Source: an uncultured virus (IMG/VR IMGVR_UViG_3300036770_001202) (taxonomy: Duplodnaviria; Heunggongvirae; Uroviricota; Caudoviricetes). From it: DNA of 64,000 bases. A program made the position numbers and the translations under genes. The stretch lies in the IMG/VR virus record IMGVR_UViG_3300036770_001202; one strand, written 5' to 3'. The notes under the pieces were generated by a model. That model was not told the origin of the DNA. It ran no database searches and was given only the letters and a program-made list of their open reading frames with translations. Shown piece after piece: positions 29,481 to 39,375 of this stretch; positions within the stretch are counted from its first letter, which is position 1, and each line of letters opens with the position of its first letter.

Positions 29481-29505
29481 CAACCTGCCTAGGTTGTGTT
29501 ATGAT
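29477..29505 (+). promoter_or_regulatory. Sigma70-like promoter for uvsY/uvsW
   Basis: TTGACA-17bp-TATGAT with extended TG. Confidence 0.8.
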
Positions 29506-29539
29506 GTGAAGAAACTTAGAGTGTGTATGGAGAGATATT

Positions 29540-29977
29540 ATGACGTTAGATCAACTGATGGAAGAGTGGCGTAAAGACGCGCCAATTGATGCTACTGAAC
29601 TAGGGGTTTCTTCAATGCAAGTACCCGAACTTCATGCTAAGTATCTTAAGATGTATTTCGAAGAAAGGCGCAAACTGAAGTCAATTGAGTTTCAGTCGAA
29701 AGAACTTTCTCTCAAGAAATACGAATACTATAATGGTAAATTATCCCAAGAAGAATTAGATGAATTGAATTGGGAACCATTCATGAAACGATTGATGAAA
29801 AACGAAATAGACATGTATCTGGAATCCGACAAAGATATTATACAGTCGAGTGTCAAGATTGTCAATCAAAAAGAAAAACTAGCATTTCTCGAAGAAGTTA
29901 TCAAGAACATTAATCAGCGAAACTTCCAAATCAAGAATGCAATTGACTGGAAGAAGTTTACAAACGGTGTCCAATAA
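29540..29977 (+). CDS. uvsY: Recombination mediator UvsY
   Basis: PELHAKYL and RNFQIKNAIDWKKFTNG. Confidence 0.92.
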   Translation: MTLDQLMEEWRKDAPIDATELGVSSMQVPELHAKYLKMYFEERRKLKSIEFQSKELSLKKYEYYNGKLSQEELDELNWEPFMKRLMKNEIDMYLESDKDIIQSSVKIVNQKEKLAFLEEVIKNINQRNFQIKNAIDWKKFTNGVQ

Positions 29978-31427
29978 ATTATACATTTCAAAAGTCAATG
30001 AGGTATATCTACACATTCGTTGTGAATCCTCAGACGCAATGGAACTCAATGAATATTTCACCTTCTATGTTCCTGGCTATAAATTCATGCCCGCATTTCG
30101 TAATAAGATTTGGGATGGAAAGATTCGCCTGTTCAATTATCAAACACACCAAATCTATGCAGGACTTCTTCCTCATATTCAACGATTCGCTGAAGAACGC
30201 GAATATGAAATTGAACTTGATGAATCGGTAGAAGGCTCAGATGAATTCTCACTCAACGATGCTATGGAGTTTATTGACACTCTAGGCATACCTTTTGCTC
30301 CAAGAGATTATCAAGTAAAAGCATTTGTGCATTCTGTTCGTAATCGAAGATCAATGCTACTATCACCTACTGCATCAGGCAAATCTCTCATCATCTATTT
30401 GCTTGTTCGTTGGTTCAACTGTAAGACATTAGTGATTGTCCCAACAATCTCACTAGTTGCACAGTTGTATAAAGACTTTGAAGACTATGGATTTGATAGC
30501 AATCAATATGTGCATCAAATTATGGCTGGCGCAGATAAACAAACAAAGTTACCAATTGTAATTTCTACTTGGCAGTCAATTTACAAGTTACCTAAAGAAT
30601 GGTTCTCACAATTTGATCTAGTCATTGGTGATGAAGCACACCTATTCAAAGCACAATCATTAACTTCCATTCTAACTAAATTAACTGAGTGCAAGTATAG
30701 ATTTGGTTTGACAGGAACACTAGACGGAACTCAAACACATAAGTTGGTGCTAGAAGGATTGTTTGGTAGAGTAAAACAAATTACCACAACAAAAGAACTT
30801 ATTGATTCAGGCAGACTTGCTAAATTTAAAATCAAAGCGTTGATTCTGAAGCATGACGAAGAATCATGTAAAGCATGTAAGAACTTCAAGTACCAAGAAG
30901 AAATAAATTATATTGTGGGTAAGCCGTCACGAAATAAATTCATTCGAAACCTTGCCATCAGTCTCAAAGGTAACACACTTTTGTTATATCAATTTGTTGA
31001 CAAACACGGCAGAATATTATATAATATGATACGAGATAACGTTGATGACGAACGTCCTGTGTTTTTCATTCACGGTGATGTTGGTGTAGATGAACGTGAA
31101 GAGGTGCGTAGAATTACAGAACAAGAATCGAATGCTATCATTGTTGCATCATATGGGACATTCTCTACAGGCATCAATATTCGTAATCTACATAATATTA
31201 TATTCGCAAGTCCATCAAAGTCTAAGATTAGAACTTTACAGTCGATTGGTCGTGGATTGCGTTTAGGTGATAACAAAGAAGTTGCTACTCTATTTGATAT
31301 TAGTGATGACATTACATATAAGAGTAGAAAGAACTTTACCTTAGATCATTTTATGGAACGTATGAAGATATACAACGATGAGAAGTTTGAATACAAAATT
31401 TACACAATCAACCTAAAGGAAGAATAA
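29967..31427 (+). CDS. uvsW: SF2 RNA-DNA/DNA helicase UvsW (probable GTG start at 29967)
   Basis: SPTASGKS, GDEAH, GLTGT and QSIGRGLR. Confidence 0.95.
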   Translation: MSNKLYISKVNEVYLHIRCESSDAMELNEYFTFYVPGYKFMPAFRNKIWDGKIRLFNYQTHQIYAGLLPHIQRFAEEREYEIELDESVEGSDEFSLNDAMEFIDTLGIPFAPRDYQVKAFVHSVRNRRSMLLSPTASGKSLIIYLLVRWFNCKTLVIVPTISLVAQLYKDFEDYGFDSNQYVHQIMAGADKQTKLPIVISTWQSIYKLPKEWFSQFDLVIGDEAHLFKAQSLTSILTKLTECKYRFGLTGTLDGTQTHKLVLEGLFGRVKQITTTKELIDSGRLAKFKIKALILKHDEESCKACKNFKYQEEINYIVGKPSRNKFIRNLAISLKGNTLLLYQFVDKHGRILYNMIRDNVDDERPVFFIHGDVGVDEREEVRRITEQESNAIIVASYGTFSTGINIRNLHNIIFASPSKSKIRTLQSIGRGLRLGDNKEVATLFDISDDITYKSRKNFTLDHFMERMKIYNDEKFEYKIYTINLKEE

Positions 31428-31428
31428 A

Positions 31429-31824
31429 ATGCTGTGTAAAGTTTTAAAGTTAAATAGCGGAGAGACTGTGATAGGTAACATCACCGAAGAATCTCGCGGC
31501 TATGTTGAGGTTCATCGACCTTTGAAAGTTGTTATTCATGCTACACCAAGTGGTAGTATGGCTGTAGCACTTATGAAGTGGGACCCGATTGCAGATTTTA
31601 ATTTGCCTTCAAGAATTTTTAAACAATCTATTGTTTCTGTGTCTGAACCGTCTGAAGAGTTTCGAGACAACTATCTTGAAGTTTATAACAAGTATGATTC
31701 AAAAGACTTTGAAGAAGAAGAAGATCACAAAGAGGAAGATGATACTTCAGAAAATCTTTCGAAGATTGAGGAAATGTTAAAGGACATGATGCAGTCATCT
31801 AACACCAAACACACACTCCATTGA
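31429..31824 (+). CDS. Conserved hypothetical protein (Sm-like N-terminus, acidic tail)
   Basis: KVLKLNSGETVIG; typical position between uvsW and gp55. Confidence 0.65.
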   Translation: MLCKVLKLNSGETVIGNITEESRGYVEVHRPLKVVIHATPSGSMAVALMKWDPIADFNLPSRIFKQSIVSVSEPSEEFRDNYLEVYNKYDSKDFEEEEDHKEEDDTSENLSKIEEMLKDMMQSSNTKHTLH

Positions 31825-31847
31825 TTCATTTCAAACAGGACACCCTG

Positions 31848-31876
31848 ATTATACACACTTGTCAAGCCCCTGTCAA
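31848..31876 (-). promoter_or_regulatory. Antisense sigma70 consensus promoter
   Basis: Minus strand reads TTGACA-17bp-TATAAT. Confidence 0.75.
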
Positions 31877-31896
31877 CATAAAGAGAAGGAAATATT

Positions 31897-32505
31897 ATGA
31901 AAAAAGAAAACACCCGCCACTATGTGGATAACGAACGTTTCTTGAGTGAAATGACAAAGTTTCGAAACGATGTTATTATTGCTAAGGAAAACAATGCCGA
32001 ACGACCAAGGGTTCCTAATTACATCGGCGATTGCCTATTCAAGATAGCAACGCATCTTGCGCGAAAGCCTAATTTCGCCAACTACACATTCAAAGAAGAT
32101 ATGGTGTCTGATGGAGTAGAAAATTGCCTACTCTACATCGACAACTTTGATCCAGAAAAATCCAAAAACCCATTCGCATACTTTACCCAAATTATTTACT
32201 ATGCGTTTCTCCGTAGAATTCAAAAGGAGAAAAAGCATCTATATATTAAGTATAAGAGTATGGAGAATGAAGTTATCAACTCTTTGGTTGAGAACAACGG
32301 AGAAGACTTTGTGATTACCGGTCTTAACGGCGTTATGCATGATGCATATAGCGAAGCATTTATCTCCGACTTCATTGAGACATTTGAAAGTAATAAAAAG
32401 AATAGGGTAACAAAAGTAAAGAAGCCTAGAACTTCCAGAAAGAAAGGGAAACTAGAGCAGTTTTTGGAGAACGATGATGACAACGCCTATCCCAGCACAA
32501 CTTGA
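31897..32505 (+). CDS. gp55: Late-transcription sigma factor gp55
   Basis: HYVDN..F and NFDPEKSKNPFAYFTQIIYYAFLRRIQKEKK. Confidence 0.96.
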   Translation: MKKENTRHYVDNERFLSEMTKFRNDVIIAKENNAERPRVPNYIGDCLFKIATHLARKPNFANYTFKEDMVSDGVENCLLYIDNFDPEKSKNPFAYFTQIIYYAFLRRIQKEKKHLYIKYKSMENEVINSLVENNGEDFVITGLNGVMHDAYSEAFISDFIETFESNKKNRVTKVKKPRTSRKKGKLEQFLENDDDNAYPSTT

Positions 32506-32665
32506 ACACTGGTTAAATATTGTAAACAACAAAAAATCACCACAAGATTTAAGAGCGCAAGCAGTCTTGCATCTCACGAACATTCGTGATACAATAGACA
32601 AGTCTCTAAGGAAACCAGTTACACAAGGTAAACAATATAAGAATGAAAATCGCTATACTAGGTGA
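32474..32665 (+). CDS. Small hypothetical protein
   Basis: SD ggag; overlaps the ends of gp55 and gp47. Confidence 0.55.
   Translation: MMTTPIPAQLEHWLNIVNNKKSPQDLRAQAVLHLTNIRDTIDKSLRKPVTQGKQYKNENRYTR
32567..32595 (+). promoter_or_regulatory. Sigma70-like promoter for gp47
   Basis: TTGCAT-17bp-TACAAT with extended TG; palindromic spacer. Confidence 0.65.
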
Positions 32666-33719
32666 CACACATTTTGGAGTCAGAAACGATTCAAAAATCT
32701 TCCATGAATACTATGAGGACTTTTATAACAACGTCTTCTTTCCTACCCTTCTGGATAAGGGTGTTCGCACTATCATTCAACTAGGCGATCTTTTTGATCG
32801 CCGTAAGTATATAAACTTCTTATCGTTGACTGAAAGCAGACGATACTTCTTTGACAAGTGCAAAGAGTATGGAATTCATATTCATGCATTGATTGGTAAC
32901 CACGACATTTTCTGGCGCGAAAGTTTGGAGGTAAATTCTCCAGGCTTGCTTTTGCGCGACTATACGAATATAACTCTTTGGCAAGATGTTGGTACTTTAG
33001 AAATTGATGGCATCAAGATTGATATGGTGCCATGGATTTGTAAAGAAAACGAACAGAAGATTTTTGATTTCGTTCAAAACTCTACATCACCATATTGCAT
33101 GGGTCACTTTGAACTTGCAGGATTTAATTTGTCGAAAGGTGTGCAGAGTCATGATGGCATCGGCGCGTCATTCTTAGGCAATTACAATCAAGTTATTAGC
33201 GGTCACTATCATACGCATTCAACACAAGACAACGTAATGTATCTAGGTACACCTTATGAGTTGTTTTGGTCAGACTACAAAGACACAAAGTATTTTGCAC
33301 TCTTTGATACCGATACTCTGAAGTTTGAATTGGTAAACAATCCAATTCGCAAATTCTTCAAACTCAACTATGATGACAAACAGTTGCAGATGGAGCAATT
33401 GAAGATCATTGACTTTAGTAGATATAAAAATGGATATGTGAAGGTTGTTGTTATCAACAAACAGAATCCATATCTATTCGACAAACTGTTGGATGAAGTT
33501 TATAAACAAACTCCAGCGGACGTTACTATTGTTGAAGATTTCAGCGATTTAATAAACGAAGAGGCTGATAGTGATATTGTTGATGAAGCACAAGATACCA
33601 TGACAATACTATCAAATTATATTGATGCACAGAGCCTAAATATTTCAGACACAAACAAACTGAAAACTTTGATGCGTGAACTATATGTTGAAGCACTTTC
33701 TACTGAGAATATTGAATGA
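32643..33719 (+). CDS. gp47: Recombination nuclease gp47 (Mre11/SbcD-like)
   Basis: GDTHFG, GDLFD, GNHD and GHYH phosphoesterase motifs. Confidence 0.96.
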   Translation: MKIAILGDTHFGVRNDSKIFHEYYEDFYNNVFFPTLLDKGVRTIIQLGDLFDRRKYINFLSLTESRRYFFDKCKEYGIHIHALIGNHDIFWRESLEVNSPGLLLRDYTNITLWQDVGTLEIDGIKIDMVPWICKENEQKIFDFVQNSTSPYCMGHFELAGFNLSKGVQSHDGIGASFLGNYNQVISGHYHTHSTQDNVMYLGTPYELFWSDYKDTKYFALFDTDTLKFELVNNPIRKFFKLNYDDKQLQMEQLKIIDFSRYKNGYVKVVVINKQNPYLFDKLLDEVYKQTPADVTIVEDFSDLINEEADSDIVDEAQDTMTILSNYIDAQSLNISDTNKLKTLMRELYVEALSTENIE

Positions 33720-35428
33720 TTGTATTTCGTAAATTGAAATGGAAGAATTTCTTGTCAACCGGAAATTACTTCACCGAGATGGACTTGTGTAATAACACAA
33801 CCACACTTATTGTAGGATCAAACGGATCGGGCAAATCTACTATGCTTGATGCATTGACATTTGTTTTGTTTGGTAAAGCATTTCGCAATATCAATAAAAC
33901 ACAGTTAGTCAATACAATCAATGAAAAAGATTGCTTGGTTGAAGTTGAGTTTGATGCAGGTAATAAGTCATACAAAATTGTTCGCGGCATTAAACCGAAC
34001 GTGTTTGAAATTTATTGTAACGGCACACTTGTTACACAATCCGCAGCAGTCAAAGACTACCAAGAACATCTTGAAAAATTCATTCTCAAGTTGAACTACA
34101 AATCGTTCACTCAGATTGTGATGTTGGGTAGCGCATCATTTACTCCGTTCATGCAATTGTCTGCTGCGGATCGTAGAGCCATCATCGAAGACTTGCTTGA
34201 CATTCAAATTTTCTCGCGCATGAATGGTGTTTTAAAAGAGAAGTTTCAAATTCTCAAAGAACAATACCAAGAAGCGAAATATGCTTTTGATCTGAAGACT
34301 GAAAAGATTCAGATGCAGATTCAGTTTATTGAAAACTTGAAGAAGAATACTGAATCAAAGATTGCACAACAAGAACTTGAAATTGCAAACACCGAGTTTA
34401 AGATTGCCGAGAGTCAAACTAAAGAGTCCGATACATCCAATATTTTGTCTGATCTATGCATACAAATTTCAGACAAATCTAAGGTCGATGGTAAACTATC
34501 CAAGTTTGCTACAATCAAAACTAACCTAAGTAAGACAATTACTAAGGTCAATGCTGATATTGACTTCTATCATTCTAATGATGAATGTCCTACATGTAAG
34601 CAAGGCATTCCTCATGAGCATAAGCATACAATTGTCGAAGAACGTAAAGGTAAACTAAAAGAAGTTGAAGATGCTTTGAATAAGTTGAATGATGAAGTTG
34701 ATCAACTAGCAGAACGACAGGAAGAGATTGAACGCATTTCAGAACTGATTACAACTAAAAAATCTGAACTGACTGAAATTCAATCTGAGATTGCGGCAGA
34801 GAAACGATATATTGAAACTCTGAAAAGAGACATTGAACGCATTCGCAATTCAAAGGAAGATGTTGAAGAAGAAAATCGTAAACTGATAACTTTGAATGAG
34901 GAACTTGTTGAACATGAAACCAACATGAAAACTCTTTCTGAGGAAAGACAGTATTATGAAACTGCTACAAGTCTTTTGAAAGATACTGGTATCAAAACTA
35001 AGATCATCAAGCAATACATTCCTGTTATCAATAAGTTGGTAAACAAGTATTTGTCTTCATTAGATTTCTTTGTGAATTTTAATCTTGATGAATCTTTCAA
35101 AGAAACCATCAAGTCGCGTTACCGCGATGACTTCACCTATGCATCATTTAGTGAAGGTGAGAAGCAACGTATCGATATGGCATTGATGTTGACATGGCGT
35201 GCAGTTGCTAAGTTAAAGAATTCGGCAAGCACAAATCTTTTGATACTTGATGAAATCTTTGATTCGTCACTCGATGCAAATGGTACTGAAGACTTGATGA
35301 AGATTTTGGATATGCTTGAAAGCACCAATCTGTTTGTTATCAGCCACAAAGGCGATATTCTTCAAGATAAGTTTTCACACACGATTAAATATGAGAAAGT
35401 AAATAATTTTTCGAGGATTGTAAAATGA
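33716..35428 (+). CDS. gp46: Recombination ATPase gp46 (Rad50/SbcC-like)
   Basis: GSNGSGKS, CPTC zinc hook, FSEGEK and LILDE. Confidence 0.96.
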   Translation: MIVFRKLKWKNFLSTGNYFTEMDLCNNTTTLIVGSNGSGKSTMLDALTFVLFGKAFRNINKTQLVNTINEKDCLVEVEFDAGNKSYKIVRGIKPNVFEIYCNGTLVTQSAAVKDYQEHLEKFILKLNYKSFTQIVMLGSASFTPFMQLSAADRRAIIEDLLDIQIFSRMNGVLKEKFQILKEQYQEAKYAFDLKTEKIQMQIQFIENLKKNTESKIAQQELEIANTEFKIAESQTKESDTSNILSDLCIQISDKSKVDGKLSKFATIKTNLSKTITKVNADIDFYHSNDECPTCKQGIPHEHKHTIVEERKGKLKEVEDALNKLNDEVDQLAERQEEIERISELITTKKSELTEIQSEIAAEKRYIETLKRDIERIRNSKEDVEEENRKLITLNEELVEHETNMKTLSEERQYYETATSLLKDTGIKTKIIKQYIPVINKLVNKYLSSLDFFVNFNLDESFKETIKSRYRDDFTYASFSEGEKQRIDMALMLTWRAVAKLKNSASTNLLILDEIFDSSLDANGTEDLMKILDMLESTNLFVISHKGDILQDKFSHTIKYEKVNNFSRIVK

Positions 35429-36024
35429 TGAATCTTGCTTTAGTTCCAGAAACACATAAAGGATTGAGAGAACCTTGTTTAGAATTTGATTTCAATAATC
35501 CGCCATTTGATCCCGTTGAATTTGAGAAAGAGTTATATTCACTCATGACTCAGAGAAATGGTTTAGGATTGTCTGCAAATCAAGTAGGCGTACCATATAG
35601 AATTTTTGCAATTCGAATTGATGTTGATCCTCTTGTCATTTTTAATCCTATAATTGTAGATCAGTCCGAAAACGAAATTCTTTTGGATGAGGGTTGCTTA
35701 AGTTTTCCTTTATTGTATATGAAGATTAAAAGACCTGACTGGGTTAGAATTCGTTTTCAAACGTCAGATGGAGAAACACACACTGAAAAGTATGGTGGTA
35801 TGACTGCAAGAGTTATTCTGCATGAATATGATCATTTAGAAGGTGTAACTTTTAAAGAACGTGCTTCTAAATTTGCATTAGAACGCGCAACGAGAAAACA
35901 AATGATTCTCAAGAGAGCGCATAAGAAAGCCAATGTTGAATTTTTTAAAAGACAAAGAATGAATGGTACTACTGAACTTGTTCCTCAAGTAGTTGAGACT
36001 TGGTATGAAAAGGATGAAGCATGA
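35425..36024 (+). CDS. def: Peptide deformylase
   Basis: GLGLSANQVG, EGCLS and HEYDH motifs. Confidence 0.93.
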   Translation: MMNLALVPETHKGLREPCLEFDFNNPPFDPVEFEKELYSLMTQRNGLGLSANQVGVPYRIFAIRIDVDPLVIFNPIIVDQSENEILLDEGCLSFPLLYMKIKRPDWVRIRFQTSDGETHTEKYGGMTARVILHEYDHLEGVTFKERASKFALERATRKQMILKRAHKKANVEFFKRQRMNGTTELVPQVVETWYEKDEA

Positions 36025-37121
36025 AAGATTGGCAACATGGGTTTGAACTAGACTATCTAAAAAGTCTAGAAGCAAAATATGCAGACTACAATGCATACAC
36101 ACTTTCTCCTTTTGCAAAGTTTAAAAAGAATAACATTGCAGAATCTTTACATAAAGGTACACTAGTTAAATTAACTGATGACACTATGCTTGAAATTGCA
36201 GAATCAAAGTCTGCAAGCAACATCACAATGCATGGCGAAACTGTTATTGCAAAGAAACAAAAAGGCGATATCACTTTCAGTAAGTTAGTTGGTTCACCTG
36301 ATATTCTTGAACTTGAGATTGTCAAATATAAGACTAGAGATTGCTGGATGTATGTGTGGGCAGAAAACAAAGCACATTGTCAACTAGCAGAAGATTTAGG
36401 ATTCTGTTATGCCGGTCCTAAGATTACCACATACGGAGAAATCTATGCAATTTACTACAGAGGTAAGCCGCGACAGTTTCCCAAATTCGACTCTGCTGAA
36501 TTATTGTCAATCAAGAAAGTTGACAACGTGGATGTTTCTGTGATAGAATCGATACATTCAAAACTAAATTTACTGCCTGCATTTACCAATCATTACAGTA
36601 ATTACAACAAGGACAAATCATGGTCGGCATTGTCATTGCGTGGATACTCTCCGAATCCAGAGTTTATCACCAAGCCAATCGAAATGAGCGACAAGTGGAA
36701 AGAAGAACACAAAGACGAAAACTTCTTTATGCAAGACACTCACTTATTCGAACAATTCGAAGAAGTAAAAGAACTATTGAAAAATTATGGAAGCACATTA
36801 CACCGCGTTAGATTCATGCGATTGAAACCTGGTGGTGGAGAACTTGAACGCCATACCGACCAAGTTGACCCTGACTCAGGTGGCTCGAAAGGTAAACTTG
36901 CTAGACTACATTTTCCAATCAAGACAAACGACAAAGTTGAGTTTACTGTTTGGGATGTAAAAGGTAATGCACAGAAGGTGCATATGAAAGTTGGTGAGTG
37001 CTGGTTTCTAGATACACGCAAAGCACATATGGCAGTAAACGGCGGCGATGAAGAACGTATTCATCTTGTCGTAGACATAGTGACAGAGGAAAAATTACAT
37101 GCTAAACTTATTGACACCTGA
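36021..37121 (+). CDS. GNAT-like N-terminal domain fused to a 2OG-Fe(II) oxygenase (Asp/Asn beta-hydroxylase-type cupin)
   Basis: V.AEN...CQLAEDLGF resembles GNAT motif B. HTD...RLHFPI...KAH.AVN.GDEERIHLV supplies the facial triad and 2OG-binding Arg. Confidence 0.7.
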   Translation: MKDWQHGFELDYLKSLEAKYADYNAYTLSPFAKFKKNNIAESLHKGTLVKLTDDTMLEIAESKSASNITMHGETVIAKKQKGDITFSKLVGSPDILELEIVKYKTRDCWMYVWAENKAHCQLAEDLGFCYAGPKITTYGEIYAIYYRGKPRQFPKFDSAELLSIKKVDNVDVSVIESIHSKLNLLPAFTNHYSNYNKDKSWSALSLRGYSPNPEFITKPIEMSDKWKEEHKDENFFMQDTHLFEQFEEVKELLKNYGSTLHRVRFMRLKPGGGELERHTDQVDPDSGGSKGKLARLHFPIKTNDKVEFTVWDVKGNAQKVHMKVGECWFLDTRKAHMAVNGGDEERIHLVVDIVTEEKLHAKLIDT

Positions 37122-37863
37122 AGAATATCTTGATACAATTAAAGGATGGGAAGACCCTTATCCGCCTCCAGTAGTAGAAGAACATAACGGGTTTCATGTT
37201 GTTCGTGATGATAAGTTAGGTTATGGAAGTAAAGCAAGATTCATTGACTATCTTGTAAGCACGGAGGGTGATGAATGGGTTTTCGGTGGTGCAAACAAAG
37301 TTGGATGGGGACCTATTTCTCTAACACACGTTTGTAATAAATATGGAAAGAAAGCAACGTTTTTCATGGCTAAACGTGCTGCACCAACTTGGCATCAACA
37401 ACAAGTTTTAAACATGGGCGGCACTATTCATTGGGTAGCAAATGGTATGTTGAATGTAACCAAAGCAAAGGCTAGGAAATACTACGAAGAAGATACTGTT
37501 AGTCGTAGAGTATTGCCTCTTGGTCTTGAACACCCAACCGTCTTAGGATCAATCATCAAAGTCGCACGATCATTAAAAATCAAACCTACACAAATCTGGA
37601 CAGTCGCATCAAGCGGAACACTTAATCGTGGATTGCAATTAGCATTTCCTGATGTGCCTGCGTTTGCGGTTGAGATTGGTCACAAGATGAGTGACTATGA
37701 AAAAGGTCGTGCAGAAGTAATGAGGTCGCCATACAAATATGATCAAGCAATCGAAGAGCAGTATGCGCCCCCATATCCTAGTGAAAAGTATTATGATGCA
37801 AAGTTATGGGAATTTGTAAAAGCAAACGGAACGAAAGGAGCATTGATCTGGAATGTCGCTTAA
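37099..37863 (+). CDS. PLP-dependent enzyme, fold type II (ACC deaminase/D-cysteine desulfhydrase/cysteine synthase-like)
   Basis: VRDD.....SKAR (candidate Schiff-base Lys), VASSGTL phosphate loop and YDAK motif. Confidence 0.75.
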   Translation: MLNLLTPEEYLDTIKGWEDPYPPPVVEEHNGFHVVRDDKLGYGSKARFIDYLVSTEGDEWVFGGANKVGWGPISLTHVCNKYGKKATFFMAKRAAPTWHQQQVLNMGGTIHWVANGMLNVTKAKARKYYEEDTVSRRVLPLGLEHPTVLGSIIKVARSLKIKPTQIWTVASSGTLNRGLQLAFPDVPAFAVEIGHKMSDYEKGRAEVMRSPYKYDQAIEEQYAPPYPSEKYYDAKLWEFVKANGTKGALIWNVA

Positions 37864-37891
37864 TCTAATTGCTTAATTTAAAGGAGATAAT

Positions 37892-38152
37892 ATGAGCAAT
37901 GATATTGACAGAGAGAAACATGGTAAACGCATCATGAGAGATGAACATGCAATTCGAAAACAAGTAAAGATTGCAAAGTCTCATGGTTTAGATGTAAAAG
38001 AAGCACATCGATTCGTAAAACACCATGCTTTAAATTGTGGCGATCCTAGTTGTATAATGTGTTCTAATCCTAGAAAAACATTCAAAGAAAAAACAATTCA
38101 AGAAAAACGATTTTATCAAAAACAACTTTTAGATGAATATTCATTAAAATGA
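37892..38152 (+). CDS. Hypothetical basic protein with C....C..C motif
   Basis: SD aaggag; CGDPSCIMCSNPRK. Confidence 0.7.
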   Translation: MSNDIDREKHGKRIMRDEHAIRKQVKIAKSHGLDVKEAHRFVKHHALNCGDPSCIMCSNPRKTFKEKTIQEKRFYQKQLLDEYSLK

Positions 38153-38301
38153 AATATAAAATCGTTGTTAAAACTAAAGACAAAACTTTTGTGAAAGATA
38201 AAAGTAAAAGCAAAGACCATCTTCTTCAAAAGGCAGAAAGTTTATCAAAAAAACATCCAAATTGGAAAGTTTACGTTGTTAGTGAAAATACAGTAATATG
38301 A
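38149..38301 (+). CDS. Small basic hypothetical protein (50 aa, not in ORF track)
   Basis: ATGA overlaps at both ends; MKYKIVVKTKDK... Confidence 0.5.
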   Translation: MKYKIVVKTKDKTFVKDKSKSKDHLLQKAESLSKKHPNWKVYVVSENTVI

Positions 38302-38747
38302 TTAAAGAAAAATACCTCGGTGCATACATGAAGACCGCAAAGGTCTTTGCAGAACTCAGCACCGCAAAGCGAAAGCAGGTGGGTGCGGTTGTTGTAAAAG
38401 ACAACCGCATCATTTCCATTGGGTACAATGGTATGCCAAGTGGATGGACTAACGAATGCGAAGACGTAATAACTCCAACACTTCCTTATTTGCAAGGTGA
38501 CGGTCCTACCCTAAAAACAAAGCCTGAGGTTCTACACGCAGAATCAAACGCAATCGCAAAGTTGGCTAGGTCTACCGAAAGTGGTGATGGTGCAAGTATG
38601 TTTATCACTTGCGCTCCATGCTTAGAATGTGCTAAAATGATATATCAAAGCGGTATACAAGAAGTCTTCTATGGTGAAGCATATCGCAACAATGACGGAA
38701 TAGATTTCCTAAATAAATGCAATATATCAGTAAAGCAATTAGTCTAA
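38298..38747 (+). CDS. cd: dCMP deaminase
   Basis: QVGAVVV, GYNG, HAESNAI and PCLEC zinc motifs. Confidence 0.92.
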   Translation: MIKEKYLGAYMKTAKVFAELSTAKRKQVGAVVVKDNRIISIGYNGMPSGWTNECEDVITPTLPYLQGDGPTLKTKPEVLHAESNAIAKLARSTESGDGASMFITCAPCLECAKMIYQSGIQEVFYGEAYRNNDGIDFLNKCNISVKQLV

Positions 38748-38827
38748 TTTTATTCGCTATAGTGATATTTGGACTGTTACTTGTCATCATACCGATGATA
38801 GGAATGATTATAGGAGTTTTAAAATGA
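38717..38827 (+). CDS. Small single-TM membrane protein (36 aa)
   Basis: MQYISKAISLILFAIVIFGLLLVIIPMIGMIIGVLK; ATGA overlap with the next gene. Confidence 0.45.
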   Translation: MQYISKAISLILFAIVIFGLLLVIIPMIGMIIGVLK

Positions 38828-39045
38828 AAGTTTTTGACACGTTTGAATCTGTTGACAACATGAGTAATTGCATGAAGCGACCCATTGTTGTTCAAGCAAA
38901 ACAGATTGAAGAAGAATTTCGAGTTAATACACTCGAAGGAAATTACAAGCAAGGTAAAGCAGGCGACTATCTGATGAAAGGCATCGATGGCGAACTGTAT
39001 ATTTGCGACAAAGAAATTTTTGAGAAGACATACGATTTTCTATGA
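38824..39045 (+). CDS. Conserved phage protein (PGDYG-like)
   Basis: TLEG...GKAGDYL..GIDGELY.C...IFEKTY. Confidence 0.7.
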   Translation: MKVFDTFESVDNMSNCMKRPIVVQAKQIEEEFRVNTLEGNYKQGKAGDYLMKGIDGELYICDKEIFEKTYDFL

Positions 39046-39215
39046 AATACAAATACGAAAAATTTGAAGACTACTTTAAAGAGATAGAAGGATATTGCTT
39101 AAGGCTCGAAAGATTTCATGATGAGTTTCAAGCGTTAGACTATATTAAACGTGAACGCATGATTGAATGGCTTCAAGCCGCATTTGAGTGTGGAAGAGAA
39201 TACTCCGATGAATGA
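39042..39215 (+). CDS. Small hypothetical protein (57 aa)
   Basis: ATGA overlap; R.ERF....WLQAAFECGR. Confidence 0.55.
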   Translation: MKYKYEKFEDYFKEIEGYCLRLERFHDEFQALDYIKRERMIEWLQAAFECGREYSDE

Positions 39216-39375
39216 AGATGATATTAAGACTGCAAAAGACTTTATTGCATCACTTGAATGGGCTAAAGAGTGTGGACTTGAACTAGAATTCATGACATTC
39301 TTTTTTGAAGAATTTAAACGAAGCAAAAGTGTATATGAATCGATATGGTATGCGAACTGTGAATGGGACCTATGA
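39208..39375 (+). CDS. Small hypothetical protein
   Basis: Overlaps both neighbours; MNEDDIKTAKDF... Confidence 0.5.
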   Translation: MNEDDIKTAKDFIASLEWAKECGLELEFMTFFFEEFKRSKSVYESIWYANCEWDL

